Shown: positions 29,917 through 39,739 of the stretch, piece after piece
Layout of the letters: the number at the start of each line of letters is the position of its first letter
How positions within the stretch are numbered: position 1 is the first letter of the stretch
From: Alphaproteobacteria bacterium
Lineage (GTDB): Bacteria; Pseudomonadota; Alphaproteobacteria; UBA828
Direction of reading: 5' to 3'
Assembly (NCBI GenBank): GCA_965214705.1
Contig: OZ243972.1
Coordinates: 4,032,001-4,096,000, forward strand
Length of the DNA stretch: 64,000 nt
Notes under the pieces: generated by a model
Databases searched by the model: none
Told to the model about the DNA's origin: nothing
The model's input: the letters and a program-made list of their open reading frames with translations, nothing else
Position numbers and translations under genes: made by a program

Positions 29917-30795
29917 TCAGTTGCGCAACGCTGCGAAGCCTGAGATCGGGTGGTCGAGGCCCTCGAACATCTTGCCGGTGACGCGGGCGTAGTGACGGGT
30001 CGTGTTCGCGCTTCGATGGCCGAGCATGTCCCGGATCACCTCGATATCGCCGCCGCGCTCGAGGAGATGGGTCGCCGCCGAATGGCGCAGGCAATGGAAG
30101 GTGTAGCTGCGGTCGAGCTCGGCAATGTCGCGCGCCCTCCTGAAGGCGGCCTGCAAGGTCTCCGTTGCGATGGGCCTGTCGAGCGAGACGCCGTAGAAGA
30201 GCCAGCTCGTCGGACGCGGCCAGATGTTCCTGTAGTAGGCGCGCAAGTAGTGGATGACGCTGTCCGGCAACGGTGCCATTCTCTCGGTGCCGCCTTTGCC
30301 GGAGGGGATGTGTAGCAGCTTCTTCTCCGACAGGATGTCGCCGACCTTGATGGCCAAGGTCTCGGAGATGCGGAGCCCGCCGCCATAGCCGGTGACAATG
30401 GCAGCACGGTGGCGGAGGTCGGGCGTCGCAAGGATGAGGTGCTCGACCTCCTGCTCCGACATGTAGCGCGGCAGCTTGCCGGGCTTCTTGCGGGAGCGCA
30501 GGCCGGCGACGTGGTCAGGCCAGCCGAGTGTGTCGATGTAGAGGAAGTTCAGCGCGGCGAAGGAGACGTTGGTCGTGCCCGGACTGAGCCCCTTGTCGAT
30601 CCGCCCCAGGTACCACTGGCGCACCTGCTCGGCGTCGAGCTCGTCCGGCGAGGCGTCGTAGTACCTGGCCAGGTTCTTGATCTCGCAGATGTAGGCCTTG
30701 GACGTGCTCGCGGCCAGATTGGCGATGCGGAGCTGCTCCTCCATGCGCTGGCGAAGAGGGGTGACGGTGTTCGTGTCGCACGCGGTCCCGGTCAT
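29917..30795 (-). CDS. tyrosine integrase partner, copy B
   Basis: Near-identical to 5395-6273. Confidence 0.9.
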   Translation of the reverse strand: MTGTACDTNTVTPLRQRMEEQLRIANLAASTSKAYICEIKNLARYYDASPDELDAEQVRQWYLGRIDKGLSPGTTNVSFAALNFLYIDTLGWPDHVAGLRSRKKPGKLPRYMSEQEVEHLILATPDLRHRAAIVTGYGGGLRISETLAIKVGDILSEKKLLHIPSGKGGTERMAPLPDSVIHYLRAYYRNIWPRPTSWLFYGVSLDRPIATETLQAAFRRARDIAELDRSYTFHCLRHSAATHLLERGGDIEVIRDMLGHRSANTTRHYARVTGKMFEGLDHPISGFAALRN

Positions 30796-31577
30796 TATCG
30801 ATCTCCCTGGATCGCGACGGCGCGCCGCCGGACCGATCCGGCGACGGTCCGTCGCAGGGGTCGATGCTAACCACTGGTGATCGGGAGGCTGCTGGGGATC
30901 CGCCACCCGACGGGCGGAGCGCCACTGACGCAACCGGGAAGCGAACGCACAGAACAAACGGCACCCGCGACGCCTCGGAAATGAATGAACTCTACGCCGC
31001 TAACTCCGCGTAGCGGCTTCGTTCAAGCATCTCGACCCGCTTGACCACGAGGCCGCCGCCGTCCCACAGCACGACCATCTCGCCGGTGACGGGAGTGCGG
31101 CAGGAAAGGTCGACGACGATCCTGTCGCCCTCGCCGATGAGAGGCTCCATCGAGTCGCCGCGCGCGTCCAGGATGCGCAGGTTCTCGGGCGCGGTGCGTC
31201 CCTCGTGGCGAAGCATGGCCTCCGGCAGGTACCAGCGTGCCGTCTCGGCGGCATTGTCCTCGGCGAACGCGCCGGGACCGGCGGAGGCGGAGACGGCCAT
31301 CTCGGCGACGGCGGCGAGCGGCGCGCCGGGAAGATTGGGCGGGGTGAAGCGTGGGGTGCGGCGTCTTGGCGACCTGCCTGGGGGCACGAAGTCGTGACGC
31401 AACTCTTCGGGATCGCAGCCGAGCCATTCGGCGAGGGCGCGGCGGTCGCCCGCCTTGAGGACCTTGGGGACGCCGATCTCAGGGATGTCCGGCTTGGCAT
31501 GACGATCGTTTCGGGCGCTGGCGGACCGTATCCCAGACCACCGCCTGCTACGGTCGCCTCGCAAACGAACTCGTCAA

Positions 31578-33737
31578 CCCAAGTTGGCACTTTTGTCCTA
31601 CCCATGTCCTTTATCGTGTTGATGTAACGCGATATTTCTCTCGGCCGGTTCCAACATGGCACTACATTTTGTTGGATTCTGTCAGTTCGGCAGGCGGGTC
31701 CTCGTGCGGTGGATGGCGGGGTCCACGCCCGCCGCCGAGGAGATTGCGGCAACCTCAGCGGCCGGGCGCGTGTCCTGTCGATTGACGATCAAGGTGCCGT
31801 CGGTCTGGCGCAGGCGCGTGGTGATCCGCACCCAGGTCCGCATGCTCTCGCGGATCGATGCCCAGCACTTGTGGATGTCCCGCGCGGCCAGCCGGGTACG
31901 GATCAGATGCACGGCGTGGTAGGCCAGCACGGCGATCAGCAGGTGGGCCGCGATGCGCCGGTCGAGCTGGTGCCAGATCGGGCGAAGGCCGAGTTCGGAT
32001 TTCAGGCTTCGGAATGTCGCCTCGATATCCGTGATCCGCCAGTACGTCCGCAGGACCGTCTCGATATCCCAGTCGACGTGGCTGGTGCGCAGCACATAGG
32101 CGCCCGCGCCCTCATCGGCCTCGTCGTATCGCGGCCTGCGCTTGAAGCGCACGGCGGTGGCATTGGGGCCGGTGTCCGCCTTCTCGACCGTGATCTCGTA
32201 GTGCCTGGCGACGGCGGAGAAGCGCTGCTTGAGGCGGCCTATGCTCTCCAGCACCTTGTCGTAGCGCTTGAGGCGGCCCTTGACCGCAAGGCCGCCGTGG
32301 AGCCTTTGCAGCGCCGCCTCGAAGCGGTTCCGCCTCAGGCCGATGATCGCGTTCTCGGCCTTCTTCTTGCCCTCGCTGACGACGTAGAGCCGCGCCTCGC
32401 CGTCCTCGCTGGCAAGCCGCCAGGCCCGCACCTCGTGGCGCGCGCTGGTGATCAGCAGGGCCTCGGGTCCGCCCTCGGGCGGCGCAGGCCTGGCACCGCG
32501 GCTGACCGCGATCCAGTCGTAGCCCTGCTCGCCCAGCCAGACGATGTTCTCCTCGGTGGCGATGCCCGCGTCCATGACCACCGTGGGCTTCGCCGCCGTG
32601 CCGCCGCATACCGCCTCGAGCCGGGCCAGCGCCTCGTGCAGCGTGCCCGGCTCGCTCACGTTGCCGGGCAGGATCTCGCAACTGCGCGGGAAGCCCGCAC
32701 CGTCGAGCGCCAGCGCCAGCGTGATGAGGGGACAGTCGTCGCGCTTCTGCTTGGAGCGCCCGAACCTGGGAAGCTCGCCGTCGGTGTGGCCGTGGTAGTG
32801 GACGTTGGTGAGATCGTAGAAGGCGATCGTCTCGGGCAGGTCGAGCAGCGCGCGCTCACGGTTGAACAGTTCCCTCTGGATGGCGGCCCGGTGGCGCCAG
32901 AGCAGGTCGCCGATGCGGTAGAGCGTCTTGCGCCGCAGCGCCTTGCGGTCGCCCTCCAGGCCCAGGAGCTCGGCGGCCGCGCTGTCGTGGCGGAGCCAGC
33001 GGCTGGTATCACGCTCGCTGGCGGGATGGACCATCCTGGCGACGATCAGCGCGCTGGCGATGCGTCCGTCGCGGCCCTTGATGTCGAGGCCGTGGAGGAT
33101 TTCGGCGAAGCCAAGGTCGTCGAGGGCCTTGAGGCACAGGCGCTCGCAGCCGACGGTGCGCGGGTTCTCATGCTCCAGGGTATCGAGGTCGACGGTGGCG
33201 ATCTCGGGCTTGCGCGCCTCTTCCTGCATCGCCTCGGCACGGAACCCCCTGGCCCTGAGCTTGGCGACGATGTCCTCGGCTGCGGCCTGCACGTCCGGGA
33301 CGGCTTGGAGCAGCGGCGGGCGGCCGTGCAGCAGCGCCTCGGCGAGTTCGGCCACTTCGCGCCATTTCTCCTTCGGCACCGGATAGTCGGTGCCGAGGTT
33401 GAGGAGCGTGCGCTGCCTGACCTTGTCGCCGATGCGCTGGGAGAGCACGAGGCGATGGCTTCGGACGGGCTTGCCGTCGGTGGTGTGGGTCTTGGTTGCC
33501 CTGATGAACATGTCGCCCGTCGCGAGATTGTTGCGAGGGGCCAAGATTTGTCGGCTTGGGGTCTGGGGTCAAGGGAAAATCGTCAATACCTAACAACTCC
33601 TGGCACTACAACGCGCTTCCAGCGCCTCAATTACACATATAGTGGCATCATCTCGGAGCTACCCCAATATGTGGTACTTCGGTCCGCAAAATATGGGCAG
33701 ACCGGCATTGAGCAACCGGAAAAAGTGCCAACTTGGG
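31578..33737 (-). mobile_element. IS1634-family element #3
   Basis: Same 17-bp TIR as #2; TCAA duplication (31574-31577, 33738-33741). Confidence 0.95.
31682..33511 (-). CDS. IS1634-family transposase
   Basis: Highly similar to 17398-19230 except the N-terminus. Confidence 0.92.
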   Translation of the reverse strand: MFIRATKTHTTDGKPVRSHRLVLSQRIGDKVRQRTLLNLGTDYPVPKEKWREVAELAEALLHGRPPLLQAVPDVQAAAEDIVAKLRARGFRAEAMQEEARKPEIATVDLDTLEHENPRTVGCERLCLKALDDLGFAEILHGLDIKGRDGRIASALIVARMVHPASERDTSRWLRHDSAAAELLGLEGDRKALRRKTLYRIGDLLWRHRAAIQRELFNRERALLDLPETIAFYDLTNVHYHGHTDGELPRFGRSKQKRDDCPLITLALALDGAGFPRSCEILPGNVSEPGTLHEALARLEAVCGGTAAKPTVVMDAGIATEENIVWLGEQGYDWIAVSRGARPAPPEGGPEALLITSARHEVRAWRLASEDGEARLYVVSEGKKKAENAIIGLRRNRFEAALQRLHGGLAVKGRLKRYDKVLESIGRLKQRFSAVARHYEITVEKADTGPNATAVRFKRRPRYDEADEGAGAYVLRTSHVDWDIETVLRTYWRITDIEATFRSLKSELGLRPIWHQLDRRIAAHLLIAVLAYHAVHLIRTRLAARDIHKCWASIRESMRTWVRITTRLRQTDGTLIVNRQDTRPAAEVAAISSAAGVDPAIHRTRTRLPN

Positions 33738-33822
33738 TCAAGTCCACCGACGACTGCATCGCATGCAGAATCGCCAAGTTGGCGGGGCAAAGGTCTTGCG
33801 CCCTTGGTCTTGCGCGTCAGGA

Positions 33823-33856
33823 AATATAGCATGCGCGATATCGCGCGTGTTATATT
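33823..33856. promoter_or_regulatory. 34-bp imperfect palindrome, candidate operator of the defence operon
   Basis: AATATAGCATGCGCGAT|ATCGCGCGTGTTATATT, 2 mismatches, 45 bp before the HTH-helicase start. Confidence 0.5.
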
Positions 33857-33901
33857 GTGGAAAGCTCCTTATCATAAGAATCGTTTGTCCGGCGAGCGGC
33901 G

Positions 33902-36900
33902 ATGCGAACGGCAGACCACGACATTCCCGAAGATTACCCGATACGAGTCAAGGACTTGCGGGAGCGGCTCGGGCTGACGCAGACGCAGATGGCGGAGCGC
34001 ATCGGCGTGTCGTTCGCGACGGTGAACCGATGGGAGAACCGCCAGTCCAAGCCGACACGCCTGCCTTGGCAACAGATCGTCGATCTGGAAGCCGAATTGC
34101 GGGCACCGACACGGCAAGCGGAACCGGCCGCTGTGCCATCGGCGGCGGCACTCGACTTCGCGGCGAAACCAGAGGCGGTCGTTGCGGTCGCCGAGGCGAC
34201 CCGCCTCGCCTACGGCCACCTCTCCAATCCTGCCTTCGCCGCCGAGATCTCCTCGATCGACCCTCTGCCGCACCAGCGCATTGCCGTCTACGAGCACATG
34301 CTCGGCCAGTCGCCGCTGCGGTTCCTGCTCGCCGACGACGCTGGCGCCGGCAAGACGATCATGACGGGGCTTTACCTCCGGGAAATGCTTGCGCGCCGTC
34401 TCGTCACGCGGGTTCTCGTGGTGCCACCGGCTGGCCTCGTCGGCAACTGGGAACGTGAGATGCGCACACTGTTCCGCCTCCCGTTTCGCATCGCGCGCGG
34501 CGCCGATGCCCGCGCCGGAAACCCGTTCGCCGGGCCGGAGAGCGACCGCCTGATCGCCAGTATCGACACGCTCGCCGGCGAGCGCATGTTCGGGCGTTTG
34601 CGCGAGGCGGTGGCTTCGGGTGCCACGCGCCCTTACGACCTCGTGGTGTTCGACGAGGCTCACAAGCTGGCTGCGAATCGCGAACAGGATTTCTACGTCC
34701 GCAAGACCGACCGCTACCGCCTCGCCGAGGCGCTGGCCGGCCTGCCGGCGGATGACGATCGGTGGCGCCTCGGCTGGTCGGCGCCGAACATCCTGCTGCT
34801 GACCGCGACGCCGCATATGGGCAAGGACTTCCCCTACTACTGCCTGTGGCGGCTTCTCGCGCCGGACGCACTGGCGACCTTCGATGCGTTCGAGACCTTC
34901 CCGGAGGCGCAGCGCCGACGTCACTTCATCCGCCGCACCAAGGAGGAGATGGTTCGTTTCGACGGACGGCCCCTCTATCCGCAACGGAACTGCGATACCC
35001 TCAGCTACGCGCTGAGTCCGGCGGAGCAGGATCTCTACGACGCGACGACGCGGTACATCGGCGAGACCTACAACAAGGCGCGCATTCTGAACCGCTCCGC
35101 CGCGCGCCTCGCCATGAGCGTGTTCCAGCGCCGCCTCGCCAGCTCGACCTACGCGCTGATGCGCTCGTTCGAGCGTCGCCTCGACCGGCTGGACCAGGCC
35201 ATCGCACTGGTGCGCGCGGGCCGCAGCGACGAGTTGGAGCGGCATCAGACGCGGATCGGAAACGCGCCCGATTTCTTCGAATCCCGGACGGCCGACGAGG
35301 ACGCGGACGACGACGGCGAGCGGGAGCGTCACGAAGCGTTCGAGGAGATGGCGCTCGGCGGTCTCGCAGCGATCGCTCTTGCGGAGCTTCGGGAAGAGCG
35401 GGCTGAGGTCGGGGCCCTTCTCGCTCAGGCACGTTGTCTCGCCGAGTCCGGTGAGGATTCCAAATTCGAGACGCTGCGCGCGGTCATGGCCGATCCGGCT
35501 TTCGCCCGCGAGAAGCTCATCGTCTTCACCGAACACCGCGACACGGCGGAGTTCCTGGTGCGCCGCCTGGAGGGGCTCGGCTTCACGGGGCGGGTCGCTC
35601 TAATCCATGGCGGGCTCGACTACCGCGAGCGCGAGGCCCAGGTCGACCTGTTCCGCCGTTCGGCGGATTGCGGCGGGGCCAGCTATCTGGTCGCCACCGA
35701 CGCCGCCGGCGAGGGCATCAATCTCCAGTTCTGTTGGCTGATGGCGAACTACGACGTGCCGTGGAACCCGGCGCGCCTGGAACAGCGGATGGGGCGCATC
35801 CACCGCTACGGGCAGACGCGCGACCCGGTGGTGATCGTCAACCTCATCGCCGGAGAGACGCGCGAAGGGCGAGTCCTCAAGGTGCTTCTCGACAAGCTCG
35901 AGGCAATCCGCAAACAGCTCCGTTCCGACAAGGTGTTCGATGTCGTGGGGCGCCTGTTCGAGAACGTCCCGCTCAAGGACTATCTGGAGAAGGCGGCGAC
36001 GGAGGACGGCGCCCGCGACGCCGTCGAAGACCTCGACGACCGCCTGACGCCGGAGCGGGTGGCCGCCGTCGACGAGCGGGAGCGCGCCCTGTACGGGGAC
36101 GGCGAGGTGCGCGGCCGCCTCCCCGAGATTAACACGGCCATGGAGCGGGAACAGTATCGCCGCCTGCTCCCCGGTTACGTCCGCCGTTTCGTCGAGACCG
36201 CGGCGCCTCTGATCGACCTGCGGCTGGAAGGCGACGAAAGCGGAGTCTTCAACTTCGTGCCCGAACGCCCGCGCGCGGCCGACGACGTGCGTGGCGCTAT
36301 GGACATCTACCCCGAGGGGATGCGGGGCCGCTTGACGGTCCACCGCCCGGAAGACGGTAACGGCGCCATCTGGATGCACCCCGGCGAATCGGTGTTCGAG
36401 CGCTTCTGCGCCGCTCTCCTGGCGCGCCGCGGCAATGAGGCTCGCCGGGGCGCGATCTTCGTCGATCCCCATGCGGAGGCACCATACCTCCTTCATCTGG
36501 CCCAAGCGTCGGTAGTGCGCCGCGGCGGGGAGCGGTCGGAGACGGTCGAGACCCGCCCGATCGGACTGCGGCAGGAGAGCGATGGCGTCGTCTCGCTCTG
36601 CCCGCTGGAGCATCTGCTTCTGCTGCGCGGTGCAGGCGGCATCGCACCCGGCGGCATTCCGCTGGCCCGGTCGGCGCGCGGGCTGACGGAAAACGCGGAG
36701 GAATGGCTGAAGGACGAGGTGCTCCGCACGGCAACGGAACACCGTGCGCACATCGAGGAGTCGCTGCCGGAACGACGCCGTTGGATCACGCGCGGCTACG
36801 ACCACAAGACAGCGGAACTGATGGCGCGGCGCCGGCGCGTGAGCGAGGAGGCGCGTCGGGGCGATGCGGGCGCGCAGGCGGAGCTTGCCGTCGTGAGGGA

Positions 36901-37468
36901 AGAACAGAGCCGACTCGTCGCGGAAAAGCGGCGCGCGCTGGCGTCGCTGGACGGGGAGCCGTCCCAGATCGAGCCCGGCGAGACGACGATGATCACCCAC
37001 GCGCTGGTCGTGCCGACGCACGATCCCGAGGAGCGCCAGCGGCACGACGCGGACGTCGAGGCCATCGCCATGGATCTCGCCCGCGTCCACGAGGAAGCGG
37101 CTGGCGCTGCGGTGCGCGACGTGTCGCGGCCGGCACTCGCGCGCCGCGAGGGGCTCGGCGATTGGCCCGGCTTCGACCTCCGCTCGCTGCGTCCCGCCGG
37201 TGCGCATGGGCCGGCCGAGGACCGCGCCGTAGAGGTCAAGGGCCGCGCCGAGACCGGCGCCGTAGAGGTGAGCGAGAACGAGTGGGCGGCGGCCTGCAAC
37301 CTGCGGGACCGTTACTGGCTCTACGTCGTCTTCGACTGCGCCACCCCCCGGCCGCGCCTGGTCAAGGTCCGCGACCCGTTCGGCCGACTCCTGGCCACGG
37401 CGAAGGGGAGCGTCGTCATCGCCGAATCCGAAATACTGGCGGCGAGTGCGGATGAGGTGGGCCCATGA
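33902..37468 (+). CDS. XRE-HTH + SNF2-family helicase + DUF3883 nuclease-like domain
   Basis: LGLTQTQMAERIGVSFATVNRWE; LADDAGAGKT, DEAH, LTATPH, EGINLQ, QRMGRIHR; GFDLRS...VEVKG...VSENEW. Confidence 0.9.
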   Translation: MRTADHDIPEDYPIRVKDLRERLGLTQTQMAERIGVSFATVNRWENRQSKPTRLPWQQIVDLEAELRAPTRQAEPAAVPSAAALDFAAKPEAVVAVAEATRLAYGHLSNPAFAAEISSIDPLPHQRIAVYEHMLGQSPLRFLLADDAGAGKTIMTGLYLREMLARRLVTRVLVVPPAGLVGNWEREMRTLFRLPFRIARGADARAGNPFAGPESDRLIASIDTLAGERMFGRLREAVASGATRPYDLVVFDEAHKLAANREQDFYVRKTDRYRLAEALAGLPADDDRWRLGWSAPNILLLTATPHMGKDFPYYCLWRLLAPDALATFDAFETFPEAQRRRHFIRRTKEEMVRFDGRPLYPQRNCDTLSYALSPAEQDLYDATTRYIGETYNKARILNRSAARLAMSVFQRRLASSTYALMRSFERRLDRLDQAIALVRAGRSDELERHQTRIGNAPDFFESRTADEDADDDGERERHEAFEEMALGGLAAIALAELREERAEVGALLAQARCLAESGEDSKFETLRAVMADPAFAREKLIVFTEHRDTAEFLVRRLEGLGFTGRVALIHGGLDYREREAQVDLFRRSADCGGASYLVATDAAGEGINLQFCWLMANYDVPWNPARLEQRMGRIHRYGQTRDPVVIVNLIAGETREGRVLKVLLDKLEAIRKQLRSDKVFDVVGRLFENVPLKDYLEKAATEDGARDAVEDLDDRLTPERVAAVDERERALYGDGEVRGRLPEINTAMEREQYRRLLPGYVRRFVETAAPLIDLRLEGDESGVFNFVPERPRAADDVRGAMDIYPEGMRGRLTVHRPEDGNGAIWMHPGESVFERFCAALLARRGNEARRGAIFVDPHAEAPYLLHLAQASVVRRGGERSETVETRPIGLRQESDGVVSLCPLEHLLLLRGAGGIAPGGIPLARSARGLTENAEEWLKDEVLRTATEHRAHIEESLPERRRWITRGYDHKTAELMARRRRVSEEARRGDAGAQAELAVVREEQSRLVAEKRRALASLDGEPSQIEPGETTMITHALVVPTHDPEERQRHDADVEAIAMDLARVHEEAAGAAVRDVSRPALARREGLGDWPGFDLRSLRPAGAHGPAEDRAVEVKGRAETGAVEVSENEWAAACNLRDRYWLYVVFDCATPRPRLVKVRDPFGRLLATAKGSVVIAESEILAASADEVGP

Positions 37469-38289
37469 AGGTTTGCTATGTCGACGAAAGCGGTAATGCG
37501 GCGCAGGACCCGTGTCTGGTCATGGTCGGCATCCTGGTGGACTCCCTGCGATTGCACAGAACGCAGAAGGAGTTCGCTGAGGTCTTCGACACTGTTCAGG
37601 GGTTGTTCGCCGAGAACCTTCGTGAGCTGAAGGGGTCGAAGATGATTCTCGGACGTGATCGTTGGCGAAAGGTGGATCCCGATATACGGAAACAGATTGC
37701 CAGCTACTTCTGCGACTGGATTGGTCGGAGAAAACATCGCCTAATCGTCACTGCTATCGACCGCGCGAAACTGAAGGAGCTCGACAAGGATGGAGAGCCG
37801 GCCGAACGCCGGGATAGCTGGCTGACGGCAGGACTGCATGTGGCTCTTCAGATTCAGAAGACCAATCAGAAGAGCGGCAGCAACAAGGGGCACACATTCT
37901 TGATCTTCGATGACAATAAAGTTAAGGCAGACACGCTCAGCGACCTCCTCTGGAAGCCACCGACTTGGACGGACAATTACTACGGAAGAAAAAAGAAACA
38001 GGATCCACTCGATCAGATTATCGACACGACGTTCTCGATTAAATCGCACCACGCGGGCTTGGTCCAAGTAGCCGATCTATTCGCCTTCATTCTGCGCCGC
38101 TACGTGGAGATCGAGGACTACGACGCCAAGCAGGCATGGCCCGGTGAGAAGGCGTTGATCGACGATTATGTGGATGCGCTCGCCAGTCGGCTTCTCCCCA
38201 AGTCCGTGCGATGGCCGGAGCGCACTGGAAGCAGCGCTGCGAAATGGTTCAACGGGATTGCTCCCCCTTCCCTGAGAGCGCTTGGGTAG
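37465..38289 (+). CDS. DUF3800-family (RNase H-like) protein
   Basis: YVDESG, ELKG, LVQVADLFAF. Confidence 0.75.
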   Translation: MKVCYVDESGNAAQDPCLVMVGILVDSLRLHRTQKEFAEVFDTVQGLFAENLRELKGSKMILGRDRWRKVDPDIRKQIASYFCDWIGRRKHRLIVTAIDRAKLKELDKDGEPAERRDSWLTAGLHVALQIQKTNQKSGSNKGHTFLIFDDNKVKADTLSDLLWKPPTWTDNYYGRKKKQDPLDQIIDTTFSIKSHHAGLVQVADLFAFILRRYVEIEDYDAKQAWPGEKALIDDYVDALASRLLPKSVRWPERTGSSAAKWFNGIAPPSLRALG

Positions 38290-38294
38290 AGTAT

Positions 38295-38828
38295 ATGACC
38301 GCGCAAAGGAAGATATTGATCATCGCCGGGCCGAACGGGGCGGGAAAGACGACCTTCGCGACGGAGTTCCTGCCGAACGAAGCCCATTGCCCGACGTTCG
38401 TCAACGCGGATTCGATCGCTGCGGGGTTGAGCCCATTCAGGCCGTCTTCCGTCGCGCTCCGAGCCGGCCGTCTGATGATCGAGACGATCCACGAGTATGC
38501 GGCCAGGGGCGAGAGCTTCGCCTTCGAGACGACCTTGAGCGGACGCGGCCACGCCCGTTCGATCCCCCTCTGGCAGCAGCAAGGCTATCATGTGAAGCTG
38601 TTTTTCTTGCGACTGCCGACACCGGAAGCGGCAATCGCCCGTGTCCGGCAGCGCGTGTCGGAAGGGGGGCACGATGTGCCCGAGGCGGTCGTTCGTCGAC
38701 GTTTTTACTCTGGATGGCACAACTTCGAGCGCGTCTATCGGGATCTGGTCGACGAATGGGCGGTGTACGACAACTCCGGGGCTGTTCCGGTCTTGCTTGC
38801 GAAGGGAGGCACAGATGAAACAGGATGA
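38295..38828 (+). CDS. Zeta-toxin-like P-loop ATPase/kinase
   Basis: IAGPNGAGKTT, FVNAD, FETTLSG, RVSEGGHDVP, YDNS. Confidence 0.85.
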   Translation: MTAQRKILIIAGPNGAGKTTFATEFLPNEAHCPTFVNADSIAAGLSPFRPSSVALRAGRLMIETIHEYAARGESFAFETTLSGRGHARSIPLWQQQGYHVKLFFLRLPTPEAAIARVRQRVSEGGHDVPEAVVRRRFYSGWHNFERVYRDLVDEWAVYDNSGAVPVLLAKGGTDETG

Positions 38829-39009
38829 GTCCGACCATCCGAAGACGGCGGAAACCGCGCGCGACCGCGAGCTTGCCGGCGCCACGGCGGCGATGCACCG
38901 GGCCGCCAGTCGCGCCCGGCGCCGGGCGGCGGCGAACGGAACCCCCATCGCCGTGTTCGAGGACGGAAAGGTCGTCTGGGTGAGAGTCGATGACAAAGCG
39001 GAGTCATAG
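38815..39009 (+). CDS. small partner (putative antitoxin) of the Zeta-like ATPase
   Basis: 64 aa, overlapping start, AAMHRAASRARRRAAANGTPIAVFEDGKVVWV. Confidence 0.6.
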   Translation: MKQDESDHPKTAETARDRELAGATAAMHRAASRARRRAAANGTPIAVFEDGKVVWVRVDDKAES

Positions 39010-39352
39010 CGTCGGCGCGGCGCAGGTCGACGACGCCCTCATCCAGCGGATGGTGACCGCGATCGTGGACGAGGTGGACCCCGAACAGGTGATCCTGTTC
39101 GGCTCCCGTGCGCGCGGCGACGCCGGGATGCACGCGGACATCGATCTGATCGTCGTCGAGGCCGCGCCCTTCGGCGAAGGCCGGAGCCGCAACGCCGAGG
39201 AGACCCGCCTGTGGCGGGCGCTCGCGCGCTTCCACGTGCCGAAGGACCTTCTGGTCTACAGCCGCGACGAGGTGGAGTACTGGCGCGACTCTCTCAATCA
39301 CGTGCTCGCGCGTGCGCTCCGCGAAGGCAGGGTGCTCTATGATCGATCTTAA
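38990..39352 (+). CDS. minimal nucleotidyltransferase (MNT)
   Basis: VILFGSRARGD...DIDLIVV. Confidence 0.88.
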   Translation: MTKRSHSVGAAQVDDALIQRMVTAIVDEVDPEQVILFGSRARGDAGMHADIDLIVVEAAPFGEGRSRNAEETRLWRALARFHVPKDLLVYSRDEVEYWRDSLNHVLARALREGRVLYDRS

Positions 39353-39737
39353 GGAAGCCCGCGCGCTCGCGGTGGCGGCGGAACGGGACGTCGCCGCCCT
39401 TCGCGGCATGGGCGACGCGGCGGTGTTCGCCGACGAGTTTTTTGGCTTCCACGTGCAGCAGGCGGCCGAGAAGCTGCTCAAGGCTTGGCTCGCACTGCTG
39501 GGCGAGACCTACCCGCTGTCGCACGACCTGGCGGCGCTTCTGGACATGTTGGCGGCACGCGGCGTGGACATCGCACGGTTCGACGGACTGGTGGACTACA
39601 CGCGCTTTGCCGTTCGCCTGCGTTACGCGGGCGCCGATCCCGGCGCGGGGACGCTCGACCGCGGCGCGGCGCTCGGGCGGGTGGACGTCCTCCTCGAAGC
39701 CGTGCGGCGGCGCCTGAGGGAGGCGCAAGGGTTCTGA
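39339..39737 (+). CDS. HEPN-domain protein
   Basis: FHVQQAAEKLLKAWL, SHDL, RY; coupled to MNT. Confidence 0.88.
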   Translation: MIDLKEARALAVAAERDVAALRGMGDAAVFADEFFGFHVQQAAEKLLKAWLALLGETYPLSHDLAALLDMLAARGVDIARFDGLVDYTRFAVRLRYAGADPGAGTLDRGAALGRVDVLLEAVRRRLREAQGF

Positions 39738-39739
39738 CG

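Larger units (their letters stand above)
25268..31027 (-). mobile_element. IS91-like transposase + integrase element, copy B, carrying IS1595 and IS110 insertions
   Basis: Colinear with copy C from GGTTAAGGG to CGTTCAAG once the two insertions are removed. Confidence 0.88.
23940..31564 (-). pseudogene. S24 (LexA/CI-like) peptidase gene split in three pieces (31564-31027, 25268-25235, 24013-~23940)
   Basis: Joined pieces read GDSMEP...LVVKRVEML|PRSEPPALRL|ISANPAYEPYTCLADEAHIVGK. Confidence 0.85.

Noticed and set aside
33872-37207. Long minus-strand ORFs opposite the helicase (and opposite the methylase and ATPase)
   Set aside because: Shadow ORFs of high-GC3 genes.
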